A stretch of DNA of 64,000 nucleotides from Raillietiella orientalis (lineage: Eukaryota): assembly GCA_036172245.1 (NCBI GenBank), contig JAYWIR010000014.1:1736001-1800000 (forward strand), read 5' to 3'. The notes below the pieces were generated by a model. It searched no databases. It saw nothing but the letters and a program-made list of their open reading frames with translations, and was not told where the DNA came from. A program made the translations under genes and the position numbers. This document shows positions 26,301-37,837 of the stretch, one piece after another; position 1 is the first letter of the stretch; each line of letters starts with the position of its first letter.

Positions 26301-29300
26301 CTGTCTATTTTAAGGAGGACACAAGTGCTTGAGCACCACTATTAGGTTAGATGTTCTGCCATTAGGCGCTTTTTGTAAAGAAGAACCCACAAAAAGAGCA
26401 CTACAAACAAGATGCCGGTTCCCCTCTGCAAGGAAAATTCTTCTTGGAAAACATGACAGTGGAATCCAAGGCAGAATGAAGAAAAATGCTTGAGGCTTGA
26501 TCCGGGGATTCTCGAAAGAGAGCGGTCAAGCAATTTGGAAAACCGTTCGTTCAGCTGAGGTCAAGAAAAGAATAACCTAAACGGATGGAAAGAAAAAGAA
26601 GTTCTACCTTGGGCACGACAGTTGCTTTTGAAATTTCTTTTGTGGTTGGCAATTCCGTTGCTGACGAGAGTTGGAATCTATTTTTAGCCAAAATGTCTTT
26701 CCTGGTCCCTCCGCTGCTCTACATTCAACTAGCGACCATCCAGTTATGAAGCTGTTCCTCTATTCATCAATAAGCCTTTCGTCTGCGGACGAGGGAGCTG
26801 TGAAATGGGATGCACCATAGGTGTGACGAAGCGGAACTGCACACTAACAACTGTTGTCACATTCTCCAGCCAGCTGAATCGTGAAGCGTCTTCTCATCAA
26901 CTGGGATAATTCACCCGACATTTTTACCTAACAAGGACTTAGTCTTCAGTCAAAGTCTTTATTTGCAGGGATGCATAAATCTGCTCCTAGGAGATCGTTA
27001 CGCATGGTCTTAGAGGGTGCATACAGTTCTCTAACTCCATCCATGTTGGCTCATGAGTGATGAAAAATCTCGCGATGCCCTTGAATTTCCCGGTTTTTCG
27101 TACCCAACAGTCCTCTAGGATGAAGCTCTCCACAAAATGTATCATGTCGGGAAAGCACTTGCTATCAGCTGCTTTCTCGTAGACCTCGTCTAATTTTGTT
27201 CCCAAAGAACCATAATCGCAAGAGTGGTTCCAGCCGTCTGGAGCGCCAACTCGTTTTGTGGGGAATGTGCATCCGCATCTGCTCTTTGGAACGATTCGCT
27301 TGAGTGACTGGTTCTTTAGGGAAGGTGTGTTTCGTAGAAGAGTCCAAAATATCCACGAGCCTTGTTTCGTGGATAGACTGTTTCATTCCTGTTCAAAAGA
27401 TGCGGTGGAAATTCGCTTCAAATAAAAAAAAAAAAAAAAAAAGTTCCCAGACTCTTGCAATTACTTCTCCTGGAATAGATTGATGTTTCCTGGTTTTCCG
27501 CCACCCATTCGATGCCATCCTCCCAGTAGTTAGGAAGCTATTTCTAGGCTGCTGGAACGGAAGTGCATCTATCAGGATGCCCATCAGGGTTCTCTTTAGG
27601 TTTCGAAAGGTCAACTTCCAAACTCCGGTTCCATTCCTCGGACTGGCACAGCTTTACTTGGGCGATCTCAGTTCGCGCCGAGTGTGAGCGGACGTCACCA
27701 GAGATGCCATCCATCTATACATGGATCTAAGAAGCAAGTCGAACGCTGTTTTTTTTTTTTTGTAAATCATGCAGATTGCAAAAAAACAGCCGCTCGGATT
27801 TGGAAGCTGGTGTCGGATGAAACTATGGTACTTCGACCACTGGATCTATTCCAAAAATGAATTTCGTGAAGGGAAGAGAACTTTTCTCGGTGGAACTCGA
27901 CGTTTTTTTTTTTTTTTTGCTTCATTCACTGCAACGCATTTCGCAGTCACCCTTCAAGAGCTCGACATCTCGTGACCACTTTATACTGGAGCTTGCTGAT
28001 GGCACACATCACGTGACTTACAAGGTCCACACTTCTGGTTGTCAACACTTGAGGCGAGGCGCTGCGTTCACCTGATATTCAAGGAAAAATTCCTGCTGGC
28101 GACATCCCGAAGAAGAACAGGAAAGAAAGAGACGAAATGACTTGGAGTAGATGCTCACTCTGTTTCCATTTCCGTCTCCAAGATGCAATCGGACTCTGCT
28201 TCGGGCATTGGGATGAGCTTGTTTGCACCCTAGCCTTCGAAAGAGATCCTCGCCAGCAGAAGTCTGGAGAGAATGAGAGAGCCAGCTAACCTTGCATACG
28301 TTGCACCCTCAGTTCAGGAGCAGAGTTGAGTGCTCCACAAAGATCCAAACCTCTCTCTTGCTTTCGTCGTTTAGATAAGCGGCTAACGAAGCCGCGAACC
28401 GACATCTACGAAGAAGCACGAGAAAAAGGAGTCGGTGAGAAGAGTTTGATATCCTCTGGATCCACTATAGGTCTCAGGGTGATTATCACCCGGATATGCC
28501 GGGGCATCTATTACAAGAGTAATAAGAATACATACGCGCAATGAACCTGCCGAGGACCGGTACGCAGACCGGCGAGGTCCGCTTAGGCAGCGTGGGGGAA
28601 ATGAAAACAAAAACAAAAAATAAACAAACAAAACAGGAGAGGGGAGATTATACACGGGGAGGGGGGGGGGAGGAGATCGAGGAAGAGATCACAGTACGCT
28701 GCCAGGCATCCTCTGCATCTTGTTCAGGATGCTGGCAAGTTCTGTTCGTATAGAAGAACCCAGGTGGGGCCATCTCGAGGCGGTCCTCAGGAAAATTCGT
28801 ACCCAATGGATGGCGCCCCTGCTATTCTGGCCTCTTCTTCCTGCGTTCCAGGATGCCACGATCCTGCGTATGCAACAGTGGGGTGCGAAGGACGCAGCTG
28901 GCGGCAGAGCGGCACACACGAAGAGGCGTTTAAACATGTCCCTGGGGTCGCCCTCCGGGATTCCTAGGGTCGTCGCAAGGCGATCCCAAAGGGGGTTCGG
29001 AGGGAAGCACAGTCCAACAGAAGGTGCGGGAGGGTCTCCTTTCCGCACCTGTCTCACTCAGCGCCCACGCTCTCCCGTGTCCAGTGGCGAGGGCGCGCTT
29101 TGCACGGGGTTTCCCTATGCAACACCAGCAACGCCGACTCGCGCCACTGTTCCAGAGCGCTGCGGGCCACTTCACCTCCTCCGGAGGAAAGCCGAGCAGC
29201 TCTGCTCAGCGTACAAGTCCGTGAGGTGAGACACTCAGAGTCGCAGTGCCCGTCACTTCCCGAATTGTCAACTCCCCCAGAAGTTTTTTTGCTGCTATGC

Positions 29301-29475
29301 AGCACGTCACTTCCCACCTTGCCGGAATTACGCTGTCCCTTGAGTCCCTGAGAGAGGGCAGCAATGGAACAGGAGGGAGAGGGAGAGGCCTAGGATGATG
29401 GAAATCCTTTTGGGTTCTTTCCTACTTTCTTCGTTTTTTTTCCCGATTTTTTTCACTGGTTTTCTTTTTTGGGGG

Positions 29476-30262
29476 ATCGTTAAGCACTGAAGAGTGCAGT
29501 TCGCCTCCTTAGGGGGCTCACGAAGACCTTTAACACTGCCCACTCCACCCAAGGGTGCGTGTAGCTCTTCAAGTCATAGAGGGTACCTCCCAGAGGGGAC
29601 CACCATATGAGGGTGGAGGGCTTCGGAGTAGGAGAGTCCGTTCCTCTTACGCTAGGTAGGGAAGCTCGAAGGAAACCCTCACTCTGGTTGTCTTCGAAGG
29701 GAGCCCCAAAGCTATCTTCCTCTTCCTCCTTGTTCTCTACGGAAGGGTTCCGCGGAGAGGGTATCACTCCATTATTCCTTCTCCGAGAGAACCCGGAAAG
29801 GATCCACTCCTGGTTTCCCACTCTGAAGAGAACGCCGAAGGGACGCTTCCCAATTTCTCTGAAGGGTGCATCCCGAAGGGAGCAGCGCGCTTCTGACATT
29901 CTGGAGAGGTGGCTCACAAGGAAGGAGGCTCTATCACCCGGATCCATGGTACGCGATGGATGCGGCTCGATTTTCAGCACCAGAAGGGAACCCCGAGGTT
30001 CCTTGATGCCTTGAAGGACGCCGGAGAGTCGATTTCCTATCCCGGCCGGTCAACGTGGGCATCCGGGGGTTCCGGGTGCTCCCACCAGTACTGCGCCCAA
30101 AGTCCGTGGGCCAACCAACGTTATCTTGCGGGGGAGGAGAGGACTCAAACCCCACGGCGCGCACCCCCCATTCTCGGCGTGGATGCTCCACGTGGGGATT
30201 TGAACCCGAAATACTCGGTACCGCATGTGGAGCCTGCAGCCATACAGCCTCCAACGCGGGGT
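29476..30262 (-). mobile_element. tRNA-derived SINE-like element, full-length (copy 2)
   Basis: Minus-strand head CCCGCGTTGGAGGCTGTATGG (A-box-like) and GGGTTCAAATCCC (B-box, ~30195-30207), ~700 nt body, A-rich 3' end on minus; near-identical to 36474-37266. Confidence 0.85.
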
Positions 30263-33200
30263 TCTGAACCGTAGTTAAGGAGGTCTTTCCCTGCGAAAAG
30301 GAAGGGAAGCATCCGCCAAGAAGCAGGAGTAGGCGCCCGATGATGAGATGCGCGGCCGCCGGGGGAGAGAGGGAGCCTCAGGAAGATTGGGTTCGAGGAT
30401 CGCGGCAACGCGTGGCACTTTATCCGCCTTCCTGAAGTCGATAATATCGCCCTGTTGCGAAGCAGCCTCGTGGCGACGAAAAATGATCTTGGTGTTCGGT
30501 TGGATGGAGAGAGGAAACGAAGGGAATAGGCGGTCAAAAAGGGCTCGGCAATTCTGAACATCCTCGTTTCGTGGTCACTTATTTCGCTGGAGGCTGTTTG
30601 GTTGCGCTTCCCATACTAAGCCAGGGATGCAACAGGCTGCAGCGAGCGTGTGAGCGCGACGAGTGTTCCCTGCCGAACGGAGGGGACGCGTGTGGTGGCG
30701 CGTGGCGATGAGGAAGAACGTGCGGCAAGACGGAAGGTGCTGGACGCAACACGCACGAAGCCATTTGCATGGGTCCGAAACCTCACGGAGTCCTCGAGGC
30801 TTTTATTTCCCGACTTTAGGTCACTTCAGCTCCTTCCCGCTTCTTGGATGACGGTGATGCAACCGAGAGAGGGAACTTTTGGTAGCTGCTCTCTTTCTAT
30901 CAAGCGTTTCCCTGAACCAGGAAGGAAAGAAAGAAGCAACTGAGCCATTCTTCAAGTTTTTATTTGTATAAGAATAGATAAGTCTTATCTGAGTGAATAA
31001 CACTTGACAATTCGTTCACTGTTAGGAGAAATGGTCCAGAGAAGAGGAATACGTACATATAAAATGAGAAAAGGAAGGAAAAATTCTGAAATTTCAGACT
31101 GAACATTCTAGAAGATTCCGAAGAACAAACTTTCAGTGGGAAAAGTTCGGATATCTGCAGGTAGGCTTCGAAATGTTCCTGGATGGCTCCTGCAGAACCG
31201 TACCGAGAAAGGATAATTCTGTCTAAAGAATAGCCAGAAATCTTCAGGAGGGTTCCAAAAGTCTTCTCAGAATGATCACTGAGCAATCCCTGGCCAAGCA
31301 TTTGTTGTAGCTTGAAAGAAAGCAGGCTACTAAAATGCAAGAGTCGCTCAACTGCTTATCCTTGGGGATGAACCACAGCGGATGACAAAAAGGATGATGT
31401 GCTAGCAATGGAACAGACTTGCAACTCAAATAATGGTCTCGATGTTTTCCGAGGCGTTGCGCTGGAAACGCTCCTGATCTGGAAAAAGGAAAATGAAAGG
31501 CAAATTCAGTATTTTTCACTCTCGGCTGTATGCGTTTACAAAGCGCTCTCGGGCTTTCTCAAGAGCTCAGGAAAGCGAGGGTTCAAGGCATGACAGAGAG
31601 AGGAAGCCTCCTATTGCTCTCAGGTGCCGCTTTGCACATGCAAGGTCATCACTACTTCTGGGGCGTTCCGTTGCCGCTCGCACTTCTCTCGCGTTTCCGG
31701 CGCGTACCATCCGAGAGAGGAAACGCTTATCGACGGGCTCGCAGAGATGAAGCCTGGATGAAGATGGTGAAGATCAGGATAGTAGCACGACCGCTCTGCG
31801 TCAAGCGAACTCGCGGAGCATTTAGCGGTCCGCTAGGGAGCCCCACACCTTCGGAAGGTCTGCCGAAAGCATCGTCTTTATGTCGATCATACAGATGATA
31901 CGGAGGTGCGATCCTGGTCAACTCCACCCTCTCCTACACCGCCGCGCAATTCCCCGTTGTATCTCTTCGTTTGGGGATGAATCGCAAGTCTGAACACGGG
32001 CTTGCATACGTTCTGCGAAAAATCCTCTCCAGCGAACGTTGTCCTTTTTAAACTACCTGCCATCGCCGGGGACCTCATTCTGCGAGCGAGGCATGGAGTC
32101 CTCAAACGCTACAATTTGCACTTCCTATTATTTGACTTTATTGGCTTGGCAGATGCGATCTCGGAAATTGTCCGACGTCGACCTGAAGGATTGTCACAAT
32201 GGAATTTCCGAGGTTGCTGACGTCCCGAACGGCCGATCATTCATCGATGTTGAGCGATATCGACAGTATTTTGAAACGCGATGCAAAGTGGAGAGACGAA
32301 AGGATGCGCCTCCGACCGTGGCTTCGTACCAGGACTCCTTCCGCGGCCAGGAGAAAGCGTCAAATGCACTTTCCGGGCTCCCTGTGTTGGCGTTTTTCCC
32401 CAAAATCATCGGGAGGAGGTGACCTCCATCTGAAGGATAGGAGGCTCGACAGTTCGGTGACTTCGACAAGCTGAGTTTGTTCTTCCTGAAAGACCACTAC
32501 GCCTTGGTGACCACTGCCTCGATAGCGCTACCTACAACGGGTGGAAATTTCCAGGGAGAAAAATGACGGATAATTAGGACGAGTCTCGGAATTTCGATCT
32601 TGCGGATGAGTGTTTCGATTAAGCAGCCGGCTGTCAACAGTAATAGAAGGAATTTTCTGGTTCCAACTACACGAACAGAAAGGAATACCAAGTGGGTTGT
32701 CAAGATGGAATGTGGCAGCCGACGTGAAGGAGAGAGGACTAAGCTTTCCGTTCTCGCTCTCTGCTGCTTTCACTGGAGTGTTCCGTGCTGTCACAAACGC
32801 TTTGGAAGCGAACTCGAAGCAGGGGGGGAACCGACGCGACAGATGGCAGCCCGACGCTTGCTGTCGGCGCACTCGAAAGGCGAGGGCAAGCGGTTATGAC
32901 GTCGGCACGTTCGTCTTGAGAGCCAGAGAGCATCTGAGAACTCTGAGAACTACGACGCGACCCGGAATTCTAAGCCGAGTTTCGTTCGAAGTATCGTCAG
33001 GAGGGCGCTGTGCGCGTTCGGATCGGCGTTCCCGGTAGAGAACAGGCTGTGGTGCCGAAGTTGAAGCGGGAGGTGTATTTGGAATCGCCTCCGAGAATGG
33101 AAACGAACACAGAATTGCACATGGTGTGTTCCCGTTTACGGGTCATACTCCCACTCCCATCGGTTCATCCTCTCGAGGAATCCCCCTGCTCTTGTCTGCA

Positions 33201-36200
33201 GCGGCGAAGGTCAGCAGTTTCTCAAACAACCCTTCTTGTCGACTTGGATCAGTACGCAGCGCCAATTCAGTGAAACGACGGGAATGTGCCCATCACCAGC
33301 TGGAGAATATAAGTTTAACTGATGGCGGGAATAAGTGACCAGGAAGCAGCAAGTCTGCAAGCACCACCACCAGCGCATTTCGCCAACTGCTTTTCACCGC
33401 TCCGTTCCCTCTTTCACTGTGTGCCCTATTGAAACTTTCCTCAAGTTATGATTTCTCATCGAATCTTCCGAATGGAGATCTTGAAAATTCAAACCCCTCT
33501 ACCGGAAACGACCCAAATGATCTTCGGTTTCGCACGATTCACTTTCTTATAAAATCTCGTTTCTTTTCACAATTTTTATCTTCAGACCTTCAGTTGATTC
33601 CGTTGGTGTGTATCGCTGCGGAAGACAGACTGACCAATGAAAACCGTTCTGGAAACATTAGTGAATACAAATGATTCTTCAGGGGAGAGATTCAACGCGA
33701 GCTTTCGATGAAAATCCGCACGGGAGACAGTTGAGACGAGTCAGACGTAACAGATGGGGCAGCGTTTCTTCGAACAGGCCTCCGAAGGGAGGCACAAGGA
33801 GACAGGAAAAGAGCATAAAAAAAAAAAAGCACTGTTAACACTGCAGCCACGTGATGTAAGCGTTTTAAATCTCTTGGTGGATCTCAAGAAGATGCCACAG
33901 AAACGTGAGCTCAGCGCGAGCGTCTACGCAGAATCTCAGGAAGAGGAATTGAATTTCCAATGCCGTGAGGTGAATCTTCCCAGAGAACTTTAAGTGGAAA
34001 TTTCGCGATGTTACTCAGAGTGTTTTCCACTCGGCACAAAGACTCAGAGAGACCATGCTCTCAGAACGCACCTGTGATTTGGCCACCAAGAAAAGAACTC
34101 GAGACCAAAGAACATCTCGTGAGTTTCGTAAAGCCTCACAGGATGTCCTTTGACCTTGCCAACTTCGTGACGTTCGGAGACTCAAGTGTGGCCCGCGCGA
34201 ATCTGCTCATTCCGTAAAAGCATGCACCCCTTGTCATCACTCTGTGTTTCGATCCTAATGGCGCTTGCTGGACCTTTTCCTGAGGACAGCTGAGCGGACG
34301 AACAGGCAAGGTCGCAGATCCAGACGCTCTCAAGATGCTTGCTGTGGCTTGCAGCCCTTTCCACTAGTTTGTAAAGAAAAAAAAAAAAAAGATGCATCCG
34401 GTGTTTCGCTCGTCTTCAAGAAAAAGCATAATGGATCGGATATGCAATCGGTCCAGCTGGATTCCACCGGTTTCCGACGTCTGCACCCCTGGGTTGGCAT
34501 GCAAACTGTACCCGTACGAGGAGGATGAACAAGCGAAGTGCAAAGCGCGAAAGAAAGGGATGCGGTGTCCAAGGAAGAAACACAGACGGGAGGATACACT
34601 CTTAATTATCCACAGAGAGATTCGAAGATTCCTCGGTTCGCTCCCCGACCCGGTGGGCACAGTTAATTCCTTCCTCTCACCACATCTCTGAAGCCTCCCG
34701 GAATTCCTCGTGCAGCGATCCTGATCAAAGGCAACAGCAACGACAATCAACATACCCAGTCTCAACGGAGACTCCATATATCTCATTCGGTGCGTTCGTC
34801 TCTGGTGCGCTCAATCTTAGCGTGGCTTTTGCCTCTCAGGCACCACCATGGTGATGGAGCGGTTCTTACAAACGGTTTGAAGATGCCGGTGCATGACTCA
34901 GATGATGGTAAAACGGAGCGAGCTAGCTAAGCTCAGCATCGACCTCGCGGTCTCCGAATTTCTGGAGAGACCGGAAGAACTTCCAGTTTCCGTCCAGTCC
35001 GTGTCTCTCATTGAAGCATCCGCTGATCCTCGTCAACATGGGCCTTTGTTAATCTTCGAGAAGAAGCGATAAAAGAAGAGGAATTCATTGGTGAGAATTT
35101 TCCTAATTGCTCTGAGCCAGCTCGAAGGACCTCGGCCTGATCGAATGGGAAAAGAAATCGGAAAAGAAGTCTCAGCGAAGAACAATGAGAGGCGCTTAGA
35201 ATTGAAGACTTCAGAATGAGGAACTCTCAGATGCTTCAGATGCTGCCGTCCGGTCACTACCGTCCACAAAGGGAGTCTGTCCACAAAGTTCAGCAACAAC
35301 GCAAGGTCACGGCTAATTCCAGCCGAAAAGGAAGATGAGGATTCTTCGCACGGATGAGAAATACCTCCCGACTCTTTCTGGGAGAGTCGAGGGACCACTG
35401 TAGAGGTTCTGTTCGGTCCACGGTGTGATGGCGCACTTTCTTTTTCGGCAGCTCTTCAAGTCTTTCCATGTTCATCCGACTTCCCCTATCGATGGCATTT
35501 TGGGTTCAGCGATTTCCATTTCCACCGGAAGCTGGCCGATGCTGCCGAAAGTCGAAATGGAATTCAATCAGCTTCCTATAATCCTCATCCCTCCCCTTTT
35601 CTTTTTCATCCTTGTCTTCTGAATTTTTCCACTCATGTTGAAGAAAAATGCCTTCCTGCCTTCCGCTTTTATCCCACGCCATTACTCTTATTGGATTAGC
35701 AAATCACATGCGGATGACGCCAAATTGTTCCTCTCAAGAAGAAAAAGGAGCGTCACAGTCGTCAGGAAAGGAACGCGCGGAAAGGAAGAAGGATATCTGC
35801 AGCACTTCCTTCAGGGAGAAGTCCCTGTCATCTTGACGGCAGGTTGCCTCTCGAGGCCTCTCGAGAAGATTCGTCTTACTGTGGCACTTCGGAAGGCAAC
35901 CGAAAATTCCAAAACTCCACGGCACCTTCGGAAGATGGTTTTCAAGGGTCAGTGTAGGGAGGAGACGCACGCACTCACGCGTGTGGGAGACCCTCCAGGA
36001 CTGCATAGGAAGATGAGCTTCTCCATCCGCACGGAAGACGCTGTTCTCTCCCTGCTGGGAAAACAGACAAGCCGTACGCATGAGAGAATCCGGAGGTTCG
36101 ACGACCAGCTTGCCGGAGGTGCCGAAAGCTGTCCCGAAGAAAAGCGAGGGCAGCTCTGTAGGAAAGCGCGGATGGTATGAACAGCAGCAAGACTCCTTTT

Positions 36201-36473
36201 TGCAAAGCAACCTCTGGAGCGGGATCTTTTTCTGGGTCTGGAGAAGTGGACCGCGTAGTTTTTCGTTCCGTCTCTTCCAAAGTGATGCGCCTTGCATCAG
36301 GGGCTCCTCATGCCTGAGTCTTCTAGGGTCACTGCCCCCAAAGAATGTGCTGTACCGATTGTTCCCGGTGCCTAGACCTGTGCGCACCTCATTGTTTTTT
36401 GTTTTGATTTTCTTATCTGGTCATTCCTGGATCTGCATGGTCCGCCAAAGTATGATGGCGCACTTTCGTCTGA

Positions 36474-37266
36474 TTTTGGTTCGTCAAGTACTGAAGAATA
36501 CAGTTCGCCTCCTTAGGGGGCTCACGAAGATCTTTAACACTGCCCACTCCACCCAAGGGTGCGTGTAGCTCTTCAAGTCATAGAGGGTACCTCCCAGAGG
36601 GGACCACCATATGAGGGTGGAGGGCTTCGGAGTAGGAGAGTCCGTTCCTCTTACGCTAGGTAGGGAAGCTCGAAGGAAACCCTCACTCTGGTTGTCTTCG
36701 AAGGGAGCCCCAAAGCTATCTTCCTCTTCCTCCTTGTTCTCTACGGAAGGGTTCCGCGGAGAGGGTATCACTCCATTATTCCTTCTCCGAGAGAACCCGG
36801 AAAGGATCCACTCCTGGTTTCCCACTCTGAAGAGAACGCCGAAGGGACGCTTCCCAATTTCTCTGAAGGGTGCATCCCGAAGGGAGCAGCGCGCTTCTGA
36901 CATTCTGGAGAGGTGGCTCACAAGGAAGGAGGCTCTATCACCCGGATCCATGGTACGCGATGGATGCGGCTCGATTTTCAGCACCAGAAGGGAACCCCGA
37001 GGTTCCTTGATGCCTTGAAGGACGCCGGAGAGTCGATTTCCTATCCCGGCCGGTCAACGTGGGCATCCGGGGGTTCCGGGTGCTCCCACCAGTACTGCGC
37101 CCAAAGTCCGTGGGCCAACCAACGTTATCTTGCGGGGGAGGGGAGGACTCAAACCCCACGACGCGCACCCCCCGTTCTCGGCGTGGATGCTCCACGTGGG
37201 GATTTGAACCCGAAACACTCGGTACCGCACGCGGAGGCTGCAGTCACACAGCCTCCAACACGGGCT
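36474..37266 (-). mobile_element. tRNA-derived SINE-like element, full-length (copy 3)
   Basis: Direct repeat of copy 2 at offset 7004; B-box at ~37199-37211. Flanks ttcgtctgatttt and ttcatctgttttt could be a decayed target-site duplication. Confidence 0.85.
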
Positions 37267-37641
37267 TCATCTGTTTTTCGGCGGCTCTTCCGAACTGCAC
37301 ACCTTCGCTTCCTTGAATCGCGGCACCACTTTTTTTTTGCGCGATTCGCATGGCTGTTCACTGGAACCACCTCTAACCTCCAGAAGAATCCATCCATCTA
37401 TTCTTGCCTGTCAGTGAATCGGAAGAAGGAGGAGGAGCAGCAAAGAAAAAGATGGAAGAAATAGGTCGGAATCCTGCAGCCTGCGACCACACGAGACTTC
37501 GCGCCGGAGTGCTGGAACATCGAAAGAGATTCTCCTGGTAGGGAGAAATGCGCGGCACCCGACATGAAATCGATCCCAGCTCAGTGACCATCTTCCTAGA
37601 GAAATGTGGAAACGAAACCGATGCTGCCTACATTCCCGGCG

Positions 37642-37837
37642 GTCGCGTCTCCCTCTGGCACACCAAACGGACGTACTCCCAAGCGTGGCTTGCTGGCGTT
37701 CAGGAGCTGTTCTTCTGCCGAGTCTGCTATCTCATCTGCACCTCTTCTTGACGTCACCGCCAGTCTGCGACGCAGCGCAACCCGGGACAGAACAGGCATG
37801 GAGAGCTGGATTCCGGAGCCAGCCAACTCTAGTCTTC
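37642..37837. repeat. ~190 bp dispersed repeat, copy A
   Basis: Colinear with 40402-40584; shares an identical 40-mer gaacaggcatggagagctggattccggagccagccaactc. Confidence 0.8.

Noticed and set aside
29480..29980. 166 aa and 135 aa ORFs duplicated at 29.5 and 36.5 kb
   Set aside because: They lie inside the SINE body, have no recognisable domain and are not preserved intact in diverged copy 1.
35635..36180. ISKSHADDAKLF resembling the non-LTR reverse transcriptase FADD motif
   Set aside because: No correctly spaced QG.LSP/GP motif upstream and no K.K/YLG motifs downstream; likely chance, though a very decayed LINE cannot be excluded without an HMM search.
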